In this document: positions 28,401 through 40,195 of the stretch, in pieces | How the letters are laid out: the number at the start of each line of letters is the position of its first letter | Position numbering within the stretch: position 1 is the stretch's first letter | Origin: Carcharhinus longimanus | Lineage: Eukaryota | DNA length: 59,995 nt | NCBI GenBank assembly: GCA_030264375.1 | Contig: JASCQW010000112.1 | Span: 57,196,839-57,256,833 of the forward strand | Reading direction: 5' to 3' | Program-made: the position numbers and the translations under genes | Notes under the pieces: generated by a model | Databases searched by the model: none | Seen by the model: only the letters and a program-made list of their open reading frames with translations | What the model was told of the DNA's origin: nothing

Positions 28401-29089
28401 TCCCAATGTAATGGCAGGGGTGAAATAATAGTTGAAACAGACAAATTCAGCAAGTTACTGATTAACATTTATCATCCGAAATAACAATGGTGTTTCAGGA
28501 AGGAAGATCCAGTGATAGGTTTTTGATGTACCCTAAAGAAGTTTTCTCTCCCTGTTGATTCAGAAGAATAAAGATCTTGTCATACATGAATCCATTTAAA
28601 GGAAAGTTCATTTGTGTATTTAAAGATAAGCTTGATAAACAGCCAAGGGATAAGTTGATGGAATTAGATGAACAAGGGTATAAAGAGGTTTGTGTGGTGC
28701 AGAAGTACTGACATGGACTTTTTTGGTCAAATGGTCTGCTTCTGTGTTGTAAATATTACCTTGTACATTTGGGGACAGGGTATGTAAAATATGTATGTTT
28801 TTAGTACAATATACAAACTAGACAGAAACTTGGAATTCTACCAAGTCTGTATCACACAATGGCTGGAAAATCGTGTGCAGACATTTCCCACCACAGCCTC
28901 CCCGCTCCCTCACTCAATATATTTTTTATTCATTCATGGGATATGGCCATTGCTGGCTGCACTACCATTCATTACCCATTCCTAATTTCCTCTTTGACAG
29001 TGAAGGTCAGCTGCCTTCTTGAACGCCACAGTCCATGGTACATCCACAGAGCAGCCAGGAGGGAGTTTCAAGTTCTTCACCCAGTGAAT

Positions 29090-32000
29090 AGATCTCCCGT
29101 GTGCTTCATCAAGTACGAGCTGCCTTATTGAGCAAGTGGAGGTTTCCCCAACGGGAAACAGCCAGGGAGGTTTTTTTAAACCTGTAACTTTACCCGGACT
29201 GGAGTTGTAGGTCCAAAGGCAGACACTACCAAACTGTAAGCTGCAGGAGTGACAAACAGAAAAATGATCTTTTTCCTCCATTTTTCCCACCAGATAACCC
29301 CCTTAAGTCAAGAATCTTTTCCATTAAGAAAAAGCCACCACACTTCTTTTCTGGAAACTCGAGCCTTATTACACTAGTGGGGAAGACTGGGCCCAATACA
29401 CTGAGATCATGTGTTACTTCTTCTGTGCAAACAACATTAAGGAGACAAAACAGTGGAAGTGATATTAACAACATGCGAGGCTCCGACTTCCAGTGCGATG
29501 AGAAGTCTGGCCTATCTGGATGCCTCCAACATAAAAACTTTTAACAAACGGGTAGACTAGATTTAAAAAAAACACTACAACCGAAAGCCCCCAGGTATGT
29601 CACTTCAACATGCCTGGGAGAACCTCTGGGGAATATATCACTGAGTTCTTGGCTAGGTTATGGAAACTAGCTTAACATTGCAAACTTGGTCCACTTGTTA
29701 ATGAGTTGATATGTAGCATAAGTGATCTAACCATCCAAAAGAAGCAGAACAAAATTTGGACTTTAAAAAAGTACTTGTGATAACTTGAGAATGCAGAAAA
29801 AGGGGCTCAGGAGCTACAAGGGACATCAAGCAGCAATATCCTCCAACTAGTGAGAGAGGCATCATGCAATCCATCCTCAAAGGAGAGTGCTTGTGTCAAT
29901 TAGGTGTTAAAGGGCCCCGGAACCCTAATGTCACCACCAAACGGTCAAGGAACGGCAGTACCAACTCCAAGAGTATTGAAATACTTACTCTAGAAAGGTG
30001 CAGATAACAGCAATCACCTTGTCTCCCAATCATTGTTGTACAGGGAGTATGGACCAAGCCTTATGGGGAAAGATTGACTCCAGCAGATTTGGCTCAACTG
30101 GTTGCAGATCATCCGGCTAGGTGTGCGAGGACTGTACAAGATTATCAGCAGATACCCTGGAGTTTTCAGGGAAGCTTGGGGAAAATAGAAGGAGCCAAGG
30201 CCAAGATCTACCTTGACCCTAATGCTACACCTGGATATTTCAGAACCAGACCCATCCCATACTCCATACTGGAGAAGGTGGAAACTGAACGAGGGCACCT
30301 TGAAAGTTTGTACATAATAAGGCCCGTGCAATTTGCAGAGTGCCCATAGTCCCAGATTTTTAACTTGTCAAATCAGTTTACCTTTGTGGGGACTATAAAC
30401 AGTCAATCAGCTCTCCAAGCTTGATCGGTACCCCATTTCTCAGATCAAAGATTTGTACTCTCATTTAGCAGGCGGCAGAACCTCCTTCAAATTTGACATG
30501 AGCCTCGCCCATGTCAAAGAAGATAGGAGCAAGAGGAGGCCATTTGGCCCTTCAAGCCTGCTTGCCATTCACCATGGTGATGGCTGATTGTGATGAACTG
30601 GATGAGTTTTCACAGAAATATGTGATGATCAACACACATTAGGGACATTGTGAGTATACTCATGTGCCCTTTAGGGTCTCATCAGTGTGTGCCATCTTCC
30701 AAGGTAGCAGTATATTTAGATGATATCTCGGTCATGGGGCTTCAGAATAGGAACACCAGGCCAACCTAGAAGAAGGCGATTCCCGGCATGGGTCACTGTC
30801 TGTATGGAGTCTGCACTTTCTCCCCGTGTCTGTATGAGTTTCCTCTGGGTGCTCCGGTTTCCTCTCTCAAGACGTGCTAGTTAGGTGCATTGACCTGAAC
30901 GGGTGCCAGACTCTGGCGACTAGGGGAATTTCACAGTAACTTCATTGCAGTGTTAATGTAAGCCTTACTTGTGAGTCTATTAAATAAACTTTTTTTTTCC
31001 AGAGCGAGAATTCGCCTGAAGAGAGGGAAATGCATTTTTCAAGCAGCTGAAGTAACCTATTTAGGTTACCAAGTGGATGGCAGGGGGGTTACATCCAGTA
31101 GAGGATAAGGTAAATGTCACCAAGGAAGCACCAACCCCAAGGAACATCACAGAGTTAAAATCCTTCCTGAGGTTAGGTAATTATTACAGAAAATATAACC
31201 TAAATTTGACTGCCACAGTGACTTCCTTGTATACCCTACTACAAAAATATCACAGATGGTCCTGGGAAGCTCCATAGGCAAAGACTTTTTCTACGGTCAA
31301 ATCTCAGTTACTGTCATCTAACTCATTGGTCCAATTTGACCCTAAGAAAAAAATTATTTTAACCTGTGATACATCCCTGTACGGGGGTGATAAAGTGTTA
31401 CCACATTGCTGGAAAGATGAGACTGAGATGCCCATGGCGTATGTCCCTAAGAACCTTTCAGATGCAAAGCAAAAGTGTTCTCAAATTAAGAGGGAAGGGT
31501 TGACCTTCATATTTGTGTATAGAAGTCCCAACGATATGTCTCCAGTTGATGGTTTTTCATAGTTACCGACCATGAACCATTATTGTACCTCTTAAAAAAG
31601 GACAAGGCAATGCGCCCCATCACCTCTGCTCAGGCCTTGTTATTAGCGGCCTGTAAATATAATCTAGAACACCACCCTGGAACCCAGACAGCTAATTCTG
31701 ATGCACTGAGTCACCTCTCATTGCCCACAAGCCTGGCTCCTGTACCGGCATTGAAAGAGCTTGTGAAGACTGTAGGCTTTGCCAGTGTCCGCAAGGCAGA
31801 ACAAAGCCTGAACCCAGAAAGATCCAACCTTACCCAAAATAAGGCACATGATCCTACACGGGGGACTCCAAGGGCAACTCGCCGAAGAAGTGAAAACCTA
31901 CCTCATTAAGAAATCTGAGCTTAGTGCTGGGGACGGGATAATTCTTTGGAAGCCCCAAGTAATTGTTCTGCCCCCATGTAATGGCCACCCAGAAGTGTCA

Positions 32001-32690
32001 AAAATGAAGATGCTGGCCATGAGTTATGTCTGGTGGCCCAGTCTTGTCTCTGGCATCACGGACTTGGTGAAGGGATGTTTTCTGTACCAGGAAAATCAAA
32101 AACCCCCACCCTCAGCCTCTCTACACCTATGGGAGTGGTCTGGGAGGCCATGGGTGTGTGTACATGTGGATTTTGCAGGGCTCTTTATCTGTTCTATGTT
32201 TTTAATCATGGTAGGTGCACACTCCACATAGTTGCAGGTGCACCTCATGGGTACTACACGACTCAGGCTACAATTGAGAAATTACACCAAGTTTCAGTGT
32301 ATATGGAATACTGAAAATCCTGTTTCCGATAATGGCACAGCCTTTGCTGGCGGTGATTCCCAGAACTTTGTGCTCTCTAATGGCATCCAACACGTCTAAA
32401 CTGCACCTTATCATCCATTGCCAAATGGACTGGCAGAGCAGGCAGTTCAAACCTTCAAACATGGCATGGAGAAACAACTGTCGGCACCCATGGAGAATAA
32501 ACTGGCACTATGTTTGCACAATTACAGGACCACATGGCACACCTCAACAACAGGTGTTGTCCAGCAGAGCTGTGAATGGGACAGCAGCTTTGTACCAGTT
32601 TGAGCCTTCTATTCCCAAACTCGGCAGGGAGGGTGGAGTCCTAACAGGGAAACTGAAAAGGAAACTACGGTTCTGCAAGGACAGAAAGAA
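29090..32690 (+). mobile_element. Decayed Gypsy/Ty3 LTR retrotransposon internal region (gag-pol), with SINE and CR1-tail insertions at about 30515-30590 and 30776-30998
   Basis: Gag N-terminus KLEPY..GEDWAQY...YFFCANNI (about 29350); RT with YLDD at 30713-30724 and APTPRNITELKSFL; RNase H ILTCDTS and ANSDALS; integrase GHPEVSKMKMLAMSYVWWP, PWVCVHVDFAG and NGLAEQAVQTFK. Many stops and frameshifts. Confidence 0.93.
30776..30998 (+). mobile_element. V-SINE variant with a non-CR1 tail, nested in the Gypsy RT
   Basis: V-domain followed by ggggaatttcacagtaacttcattgcagtgttaatgtaagccttacttgtga...taaataaacttt. Confidence 0.85.
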
Positions 32691-32787
32691 CATTTTGCTA
32701 TACATTCAAATACAAAGCAGTAGATTTATTTCAAGAATTAATATTTTGATATCCAATATCTGAGTAATTTGAAACATAATGTGGTAA

Positions 32788-32962
32788 ATCCAAAGATGTG
32801 CGGGTTAGGCGAATTAGTCAAGCTAAGTTGTCCCTTATTTTCCAAAGATGTTAGGTAAGTGTATGGGGTTACAGAGATAGGGTAGGGGGGTTGGGCCTGC
32901 GTAAGATACTATTTTTTGGAAAGATTGTTGGTGTAGACTTGATGGGTTGAATGGCCTTCTTC
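32788..32962 (+). mobile_element. HE1/V-SINE 3' part running into a gap
   Basis: tccaaagatgtgcgggttagg ... gaatggccttcttc. Confidence 0.8.
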
Positions 32963-34266
32963 NNNNNNNNNNNNNNNNNNNNNNNNNNNNNNNNNNNNNN
33001 NNNNNNNNNNNNNNNNNNNNNNNNNNNNNNNNNNNNNNNNNNNNNNNNNNNNNNNNNNNNNNNNNNNNNNNNNNNNNNNNNNNNNNNNNNNNNNNNNNNN
33101 NNNNNNNNNNNNNNNNNNNNNNNNNNNNNNNNNNNNNNNNNNNNNNNNNNNNNNNNNNNNNNNNNNNNNNNNNNNNNNNNNNNNNNNNNNNNNNNNNNNN
33201 NNNNNNNNNNNNNNNNNNNNNNNNNNNNNNNNNNNNNNNNNNNNNNNNNNNNNNNNNNNNNNNNNNNNNNNNNNNNNNNNNNNNNNNNNNNNNNNNNNNN
33301 NNNNNNNNNNNNNNNNNNNNNNNNNNNNNNNNNNNNNNNNNNNNNNNNNNNNNNNNNNNNNNNNNNNNNNNNNNNNNNNNNNNNNNNNNNNNNNNNNNNN
33401 NNNNNNNNNNNNNNNNNNNNNNNNNNNNNNNNNNNNNNNNNNNNNNNNNNNNNNNNNNNNNNNNNNNNNNNNNNNNNNNNNNNNNNNNNNNNNNNNNNNN
33501 NNNNNNNNNNNNNNNNNNNNNNNNNNNNNNNNNNNNNNNNNNNNNNNNNNNNNNNNNNNNNNNNNNNNNNNNNNNNNNNNNNNNNNNNNNNNNNNNNNNN
33601 NNNNNNNNNNNNNNNNNNNNNNNNNNNNNNNNNNNNNNNNNNNNNNNNNNNNNNNNNNNNNNNNNNNNNNNNNNNNNNNNNNNNNNNNNNNNNNNNNNNN
33701 NNNNNNNNNNNNNNNNNNNNNNNNNNNNNNNNNNNNNNNNNNNNNNNNNNNNNNNNNNNNNNNNNNNNNNNNNNNNNNNNNNNNNNNNNNNNNNNNNNNN
33801 NNNNNNNNNNNNNNNNNNNNNNNNNNNNNNNNNNNNNNNNNNNNNNNNNNTTAACTATCAGCCATTTCCAATTTTTCAACCCTTAACTCTTAGAAAATTG
33901 TTCCCATGCATTGGAATAGCTGTACGGAAACTATGGGTGGAATTTTCCGGCTGTTTGTGCCGGAGGGGGTTTTGGTCCCGCTGGAGTGAAGGGAGATTTG
34001 GCAGAGCACCAAGTTCTCCGTCCTCGCTTGCAGTGGTGGTGGGGCATGAACAGCGGGACAATTCCAGCCCTCACCTGCCTCCTATCCCACACAAATCGAG
34101 TTGCAGATAGTTCTGCCCAGCAATTGTTCAGACTTGTTATCTAAAAAAAAGTAACATTTGTCGCGTACAAGTGAGCCTGATTCCCTGATGAATTTTCCCA
34201 TCACAGCAGGGAATTTGGACCAAGAGCTGTGAAAACCATGGAAAAGCCACATATATGAACTAATTA

Positions 34267-34339
34267 GCCACAATGGCTCAGCCAGTAAAGCATCACACTT
34301 TTAATGTGAGGGTCCAGGGTTCAAGCCCGTGTTGGGGCG
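34267..34339 (+). pseudogene. tRNA-Lys(UUU)-like gene, probably a pseudogene
   Basis: 73 nt, colinear with vertebrate tRNA-Lys-TTT (12 substitutions by my alignment to the recalled canonical sequence). Anticodon TTT at 34300-34302 and B-box GGTTCAAGCCC are present. It has mismatches in the acceptor, D and T stems and G18>A. Confidence 0.8.
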
Positions 34340-34871
34340 TTACTTTCTTTCTATCCTGAATGCAATTGCTTAACATATCCCGAATGGCAGAGCTGCAGCA
34401 GAAATCCACCCCAATCTAACTGGGACCAATTTACTGTGGAATTAATTCTACTAAATTGCATAATGGAGAACTTTGGAACTCTGAACTGGAAACACTGCTA
34501 ACCAAAATTCACTTTATTGCAGAATTTTCCCAAATGACAATAATTTTAAAAGTCAATGGGACTTACTACTTGCAAATCTGTGTGAAATTCATTCCTGTTC
34601 AAATACTCCCTCATCACTGCTCAAACCAATGACTCCTGTCCTGCATCCTGCATTACTTATGGTTATTCTTCATATAACAGTATAGATATTGGCCTTTAGT
34701 TGGCCATTCGAATGAACACAGCATCCGGAGGCTGACCATTTTTCTCTCTTGATATTCACTCAAATGTGATTTTCAGAAAGGGTCACTGGTTACCAATCTG
34801 GCTGATATTTCTGTCGGTTGAAAGGTAATTTTCTTCTTAAACCACAGATGAATTGCAGCAATCACTCCTGC

Positions 34872-35075
34872 TAATTCAGAAATGGAAACAGAAAATGCTG
34901 GAAAAACTCAGCAGGTGTGGCAGCATCTGTGGAAAGAGGTTTTAAGTTCATATGACTTTTCTTCAGAAACTTAAAACTGTTTCTCTCCCTACAAATGCTG
35001 CAAAGCCTGTTGAATTTTCCCAGCATTTTCTGTTTTTATTTCAGATATCCAGCATATGCAGTAATTAGCTGTTAT
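34872..35075. mobile_element. Penelope-derived fold-back element
   Basis: aaacagaaaatgctggaaaaactcagcagg paired with cctgttgaattttcccagcattttctgtttt. Confidence 0.75.
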
Positions 35076-35100
35076 GTTACTGCTAATTTGGAGTCAACTG

Positions 35101-35191
35101 GGCATTGGTCCAATAACAGTATAGTCCTAATAACACACCACTACCCAGGCATTGGTCCAATAACAGTATAGTCCTAATAGCACACCGCTAC
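35101..35191. repeat. Tandem duplication, 47-bp period, two copies
   Basis: ggcattggtccaataacagtatagtcctaata(a/g)cacacc(a/g)ctac at 35101 and 35148. Confidence 0.9.
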
Positions 35192-36913
35192 ATCAGTATC
35201 TCTATTGGCTTGACACCTATCAAATATAGAATCAAAGGGAAACATTTTCTCAGTGCTTGTATTGTTCTCTATTCTTAGAGACCTTGTTATCACATCATGG
35301 TTGTATACATAGAGATACTGTATATACAATGATGTGTTCAACCAACTGCGTTAGTTTTTTCTTCCCAGGTGAGTAGGAATTGATACCACTCCGTGGTACA
35401 CTATTCCCCAGATAGCAGGTTCTTCACCTGATGATCAACCTGCTTCCAACGTGGCCTCACGGCAACACATGGTCCTGCAGTTTCTGCCCTTTACAAAATC
35501 CCCACTCAACTGTCAACTTCTTTAAAAGCTGTGAATAGATATCACAGTCTCTAGAAAAAGAACAGACACTTGAATCTATTGTAGTGGAGTTCATGACGAT
35601 AAACAGCTAATGTGTGACAAATCAGTCTGTCTCACTAGGGAGCCTTGAAGGGAGTGCTGACTTTCTGCTTGAGCACCTTGTGAGATCATTTTATATTTAT
35701 ACACAGAGGACCCAGGGATCCAATGATGCCATTGTTGATGGGACCTGCTGCTGCAGGCCATTTGGTTATGCCTCCCATTCAATACTTTGACTCCCCTCTC
35801 CTTAAGATACAAACTCCTGCCAGATTGAAGGTCCAGGCTATGTGAGTTTGAGACAGTCAATGTCTGTTGGAGGATGTCAGAGCTGAGCTGAACCCCTCTA
35901 CTTGCCTGTTTTGCATACTTCCCAGTGGGAATCACTAGATTCAGGTCATGAGCATAATGAGGTCTTACTGAGTTTTTCCCTGGCCCTTGTCTGGCTCCTC
36001 AACTACTGTGCCTGAGCTTGTGATGCAGTGCAAACCAGGGATCAAACCCGCCAAATCCTATTTTCAGTGCTTAGTCGTACCCCCTGTAATACACTAACTG
36101 GGAGAGAAACTATTCTTTTTGTTCAAATTTTGATTAAAAATAGTAATAAAAAACCACATTGAAACATTTGTGTTGAAGTATTCATTTTCCCTGGCAGCTG
36201 TGTGAGACTTAAAGGATGCTATTCCTGATTATAGTTGGAATTTTAAAAAAAATGTCACAGCCCCTATCATTGACTGATAAGAGTAGAATGATAGGAATAG
36301 GAGGCTATTCAACCTCGCCGTTCTGTTCCAGCAAACAATTAGATCATGCCTGATCCGTACCTCGATTCTATTTCTTCTTTTAGTACCAACAAAATCTGCC
36401 TTTGACCCTCAGCATCTCTAGATTTCTGAGGAAAGTGACTTCCAGCTTCTGATGATGCTGAAAACTGCGACATTTCCCTCTGTGTGAGAAAGCAGGAGTT
36501 TTGGGGCAGTTAACAATCTAACAGCATGGTGACGTAACAACTGGCTGTTCAACTTTTGTGTCATTTCCCTCTAGGATTGGAAGACACAACATCATCACTC
36601 TCCGAGCACTCAGAAAAAGGTAACACTTCCTTGAAATATTCAAACGTTGTGAATTAAGAATCGTGCCATATGTGTGATCTGAGACATTTGCCATTTATAT
36701 CATAGTCCAGAAGTAATGTTCACAATGGGGATTCCACAAGTTCTGTGTCACCGGTGNNNNNNNNNNNNNNNNNNNNNNNNNNNNNNNNNNNNNNNNNNNN
36801 NNNNNNNNNNNNNNNNNNNNNNNNNNNNNNNNNNNNNNNNNNNNNNNNNNNNNNNNAGTTCTGTGTCACCGGTGTCAATCATAAGCATTCAACAAAGTTG
36901 TAAGGAATTTTAT

Positions 36914-37112
36914 TAAAGCAAATTATTGTGGATGCTGGAATCTGAAATGCTGGAATATCATAAAATGATGGAATAACATAAAAAGCTGGAAAATCTCAAC
37001 AGGTCTGACAGCATCTGCGGGGAGAGAATAGAGCCAATGGTTTGAATCTGGATGACCCTTTGTCAGACTTAAAATATGACCTCTATTCTCTCTGCACAGA
37101 TGCTGCCAGCAA
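36914..37112. mobile_element. Penelope-derived fold-back element
   Basis: gacagcatctgcggggagagaatagag paired with ctctattctctctgcacagatgctgcc. Confidence 0.75.
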
Positions 37113-38144
37113 CTATTTTCTCTTTTTGTTGTGTAAGGGATTTAACACCTACTCTCCTGAAAATATGTCATCTTCTCTTTACAGTTCATCCCTCTCATTC
37201 AGTGGGTATGACTCTTGCCAATGGAAAGTGGTTGATTCAAGCACCATTTCAGAGACTTGAGTTCATCATTCCACGTGGCACTCCAGTGCAGCACTGAGGA
37301 AGAGCTGCGCCATCAAAGGCGCCCTTTTCCAGATTTCAGCTTGTTAAAATAGCCCTGCATTAATTAAATATGACACCACTGAAAGGGGCTACTTGACCCC
37401 TTGTACTCTTGGTGACCTTTTGAAAGAGTTGTTCTCTCGACGCTTTTCCCATAGCCTTAGAATCAAGACAATGAAGATAAAAAAGTTTGAGAGGGAGCAA
37501 ATCATACTGTGTGCTGCACAACAGATTTGAACAATTATCACTACAAATAGACAGCTGTACTCCAAATAATAAGGTTTCTGTCCATTGAAATTATGTGCCA
37601 GCTCCAGTCCCAGAGCAAATGGTATCCATGATGAAACTTGTCCTGTCACAGGTGATCGACAGAGCAAGGTGTGCTGTTCAGTGTTAAAAGCAAAGAGGAA
37701 TAGTGTGAAATGATACAACATAAAAGGAGGCCTTTCTGCCCATTTTTTCAATGCCGGCTCTTTGCATGAGCTGTCCAATGAATTCCACTCCCTCTCTTTT
37801 TCCTCATAGCCCTGCAAATGTATCCTTCTTAACTATATGTACAATTCCACATTGCCAGTTGACAGTTCAACAATTTGTTGGAGTAATTGACTGGAAGTTG
37901 GAATGCGAAAAGCTTGTAATGGGGATGGTAAGGGAGGGGGAGGGGGTGAAAATATTGATCATCTCCAGTTTTGGACAGCAGTGAAAGAATGGTGGTGGGG
38001 GAAGGAGGTTATCTCCCGGGGGGGGTGCACACTAGTTTAATGATGGGTAAGACACAAGCAAAATCTGTCCTTGTGGTTCCAGACAGTGGCCCAACCCATT
38101 TCCACCAGATATTTTGGAAGAGGTGCCAGCGGTCAGTGAGAGAC

Positions 38145-38280
38145 CTGTACAGGCGGCTCACTGTACAGGCGGCTCACTGTACAAGCAGCTCACTACACAG
38201 GCGGCTCACTGTACAAGCGGCTCACTACACAGACAGCTCAGTGTACAAGCGGCTCACTGTGCAGGTGGCACATTGTACAG
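38145..38280. repeat. 16-bp minisatellite, about 8.5 copies
   Basis: Unit ctgtacaggcggctca with variants. Confidence 0.9.
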
Positions 38281-38680
38281 TTGGGAGGGAGAACCCAGCA
38301 TCTTCTCCATGGAACCAAGCCAGGAGGCAGGTACAGAGAAAGAGGGATCAACCTGGTGAGGGGAGGGGATTCAATGGTGACCAGTGGGCTGGGGATTATT
38401 ATGGAGCCTCATGGCCCCATTAAATTCACAATGGGAAAATTCTCTTGGACTATTCTCTGAGTTGCGTTCCGTGTCCCCCTACAGACCAATGAACACTGGT
38501 TAGATTGGTCAACCCCTGCTCCCAATAGAAAGAGAATGCGGTTTAGTTTGATTGTGCCTACATAAATTGTCTTCAGGTTCCACCAACCACTGTGACTTCC
38601 AAACTTAATCGAAATGCCTTAGTGTTGGTGAGGTGCAGGCACAGAAACCTGCTTAAAGAAAGGGAGGTGTGGGTAAAATG

Positions 38681-39581
38681 GGGGCGATTCTCCCATTCTG
38701 ACCTGCTAATATTTTGGTGGGTTGGGCTGGGGGAGATGCAGGCATGCACCGATTCGCAGGGTTCACACATGCGTTCCGGCGCACACGCATCTCCCACTGC
38801 CAGGTACATAGTGCAATCAGGACCATGCAGGAAACTGGCGGGAAGACTGGGTAAGCGATTTTAATCCATTCTTAACGTGATTTTAAAAGTCATTATCAGG
38901 CCCGGATCTAAATTCTCTGGGCCCAATAGCATTTCCCACCCCACCATTACAAATTCACTCTGCACGGTTTAGAGTAGCTCCCCACATTTGGGGAGCTAGA
39001 GGGAGACCCCACTGGAGTGAAGGGGGGCAACTGGGTGTCCCAGAGGGTCAGGCAGTAGGGGGAAGTTGCCCTGTGGGCATGGGCACCCTGGCAGTGCCGG
39101 CCTGTGCCCCCACACTGCCCAAGGGGCAAAGTGCCCATGCCCAGGAGTCAGCTTGGCACTGCCTATTGGCATTGGGCAGTGCCAATGTGCCTCCTGGGCA
39201 TGCCTGATTGGTCTACCTACTGTGGGAGGAGTCTGCTGGGGTGGGGGTGGGCGGGGGGGTGGAATGTCAGGGTGCTCCAGGAAGGGACAGACCGGAACTG
39301 GGCCCGGGGATGATTGTGAGGGCCACGATCGGGCCGTGGTGTGGGAGCTGGAGGGGCAGCGCTCCAGGGATCCTAGCTGACCACCGAGTGAGCTGGCCAT
39401 CAAACTGTAGGCTGACAGTTCGGGGTCACAGTGCGTGCCCTGCCCCCACGATTGTGACCTCTCCACAGAGTGTGGGGGATTCGAGTCTGAAGTTGCACTG
39501 AAAAAACAAACACGATATATGCCATTTTTCCCCTAAATTCAACGCTTAGAAAAATTGGAAAATTTTGGAAAAATCGCCCCC
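38681..39581. mobile_element. Non-autonomous PIF/Harbinger-type DNA transposon (MITE), about 900 bp
   Basis: TIRs GGGGCGATTCTCCCA / TGGAAAAATCGCCCC and a putative 3-bp TSD ATG. It sits at the start of a CR1 endonuclease remnant. Confidence 0.75.
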
Positions 39582-40195
39582 ATGATGTTTAATAAAGATA
39601 GAGAGGAATGAAAGAGGTGGGGTGTCAGTATTGATTAAGGAGAACATTGCAGCTCCGGAGAGAAGCGATGTCTCAGAGGGGTCAAGGACAGAATCTATTT
39701 TGTCTCGAGCCAAGGAAACAATACTAAATGCACCATTATATTGGTCAGCGTTTTCTGTGGTTCACCAACTAGGGGGAAAGATGGACAGGAACAAATTTGC
39801 CAGGAATTTACAGACAAAAATACAATACGTTTAGAGTAGTTGTAATGGAGGACTTCAATTCTCCTAGAGATAAGAGTAAAGAGCAGAGAAGTGCGAGCGT
39901 GCCGAGAGTGGTTCAGGAGAATTTTCTACAGCAGTATATTTGCAGTCTACAAGAGAGGAGGCAGTGCGGGACCTGGTTCTTGGAATGAGCTGGGCCAAGA
40001 GAATTAACTGTAGGGGACAGCCATTATAATCATGAAGTTTACGTTGGCTGTGGAAAAGGGCAAGCGGTAATCCAAACTAGGTGGGAAGGATGACAAAAGA
40101 CGGAATTTTACAAAAACAATTCTAAGTGCTGAACAAGCAAGAAAAAGGGTAAGTCTCAGTTTGTTCTTTGGGCAAGTTTGAAAATGCAATCTTAT
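39582..40195 (+). mobile_element. CR1 LINE endonuclease remnant
   Basis: FNKDRE..GGVSVLIKENIAA.ER.DV.EGSRTESI, VVVMEDFN, VQENFLQQYI. Confidence 0.8.

Noticed and set aside
29090-32690. Gypsy region as a domesticated gag or integrase gene
   Set aside because: Numerous stops, frameshifts and SINE insertions in every domain.
32869-34110. Long ORFs of 311-445 aa here and at 48680-50099
   Set aside because: Artefacts of translating N-gaps; the real parts are SINE or CR1 sequence.
35591-35935. ORF beginning PTGKYAK, superficially like the PLC-beta PH motif DTR.GK.AK
   Set aside because: Wrong strand for the expected neighbour, no DTR or upstream match, and no splice context.
36739-36874. Identical 18-mer agttctgtgtcaccggtg on both sides of a 100-N gap
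   Set aside because: Most likely an unmerged contig overlap, not a TSD.
38947-39501. Multiple overlapping GC-rich ORFs
   Set aside because: They lie inside a non-autonomous TIR element, and GC content explains the open frames.
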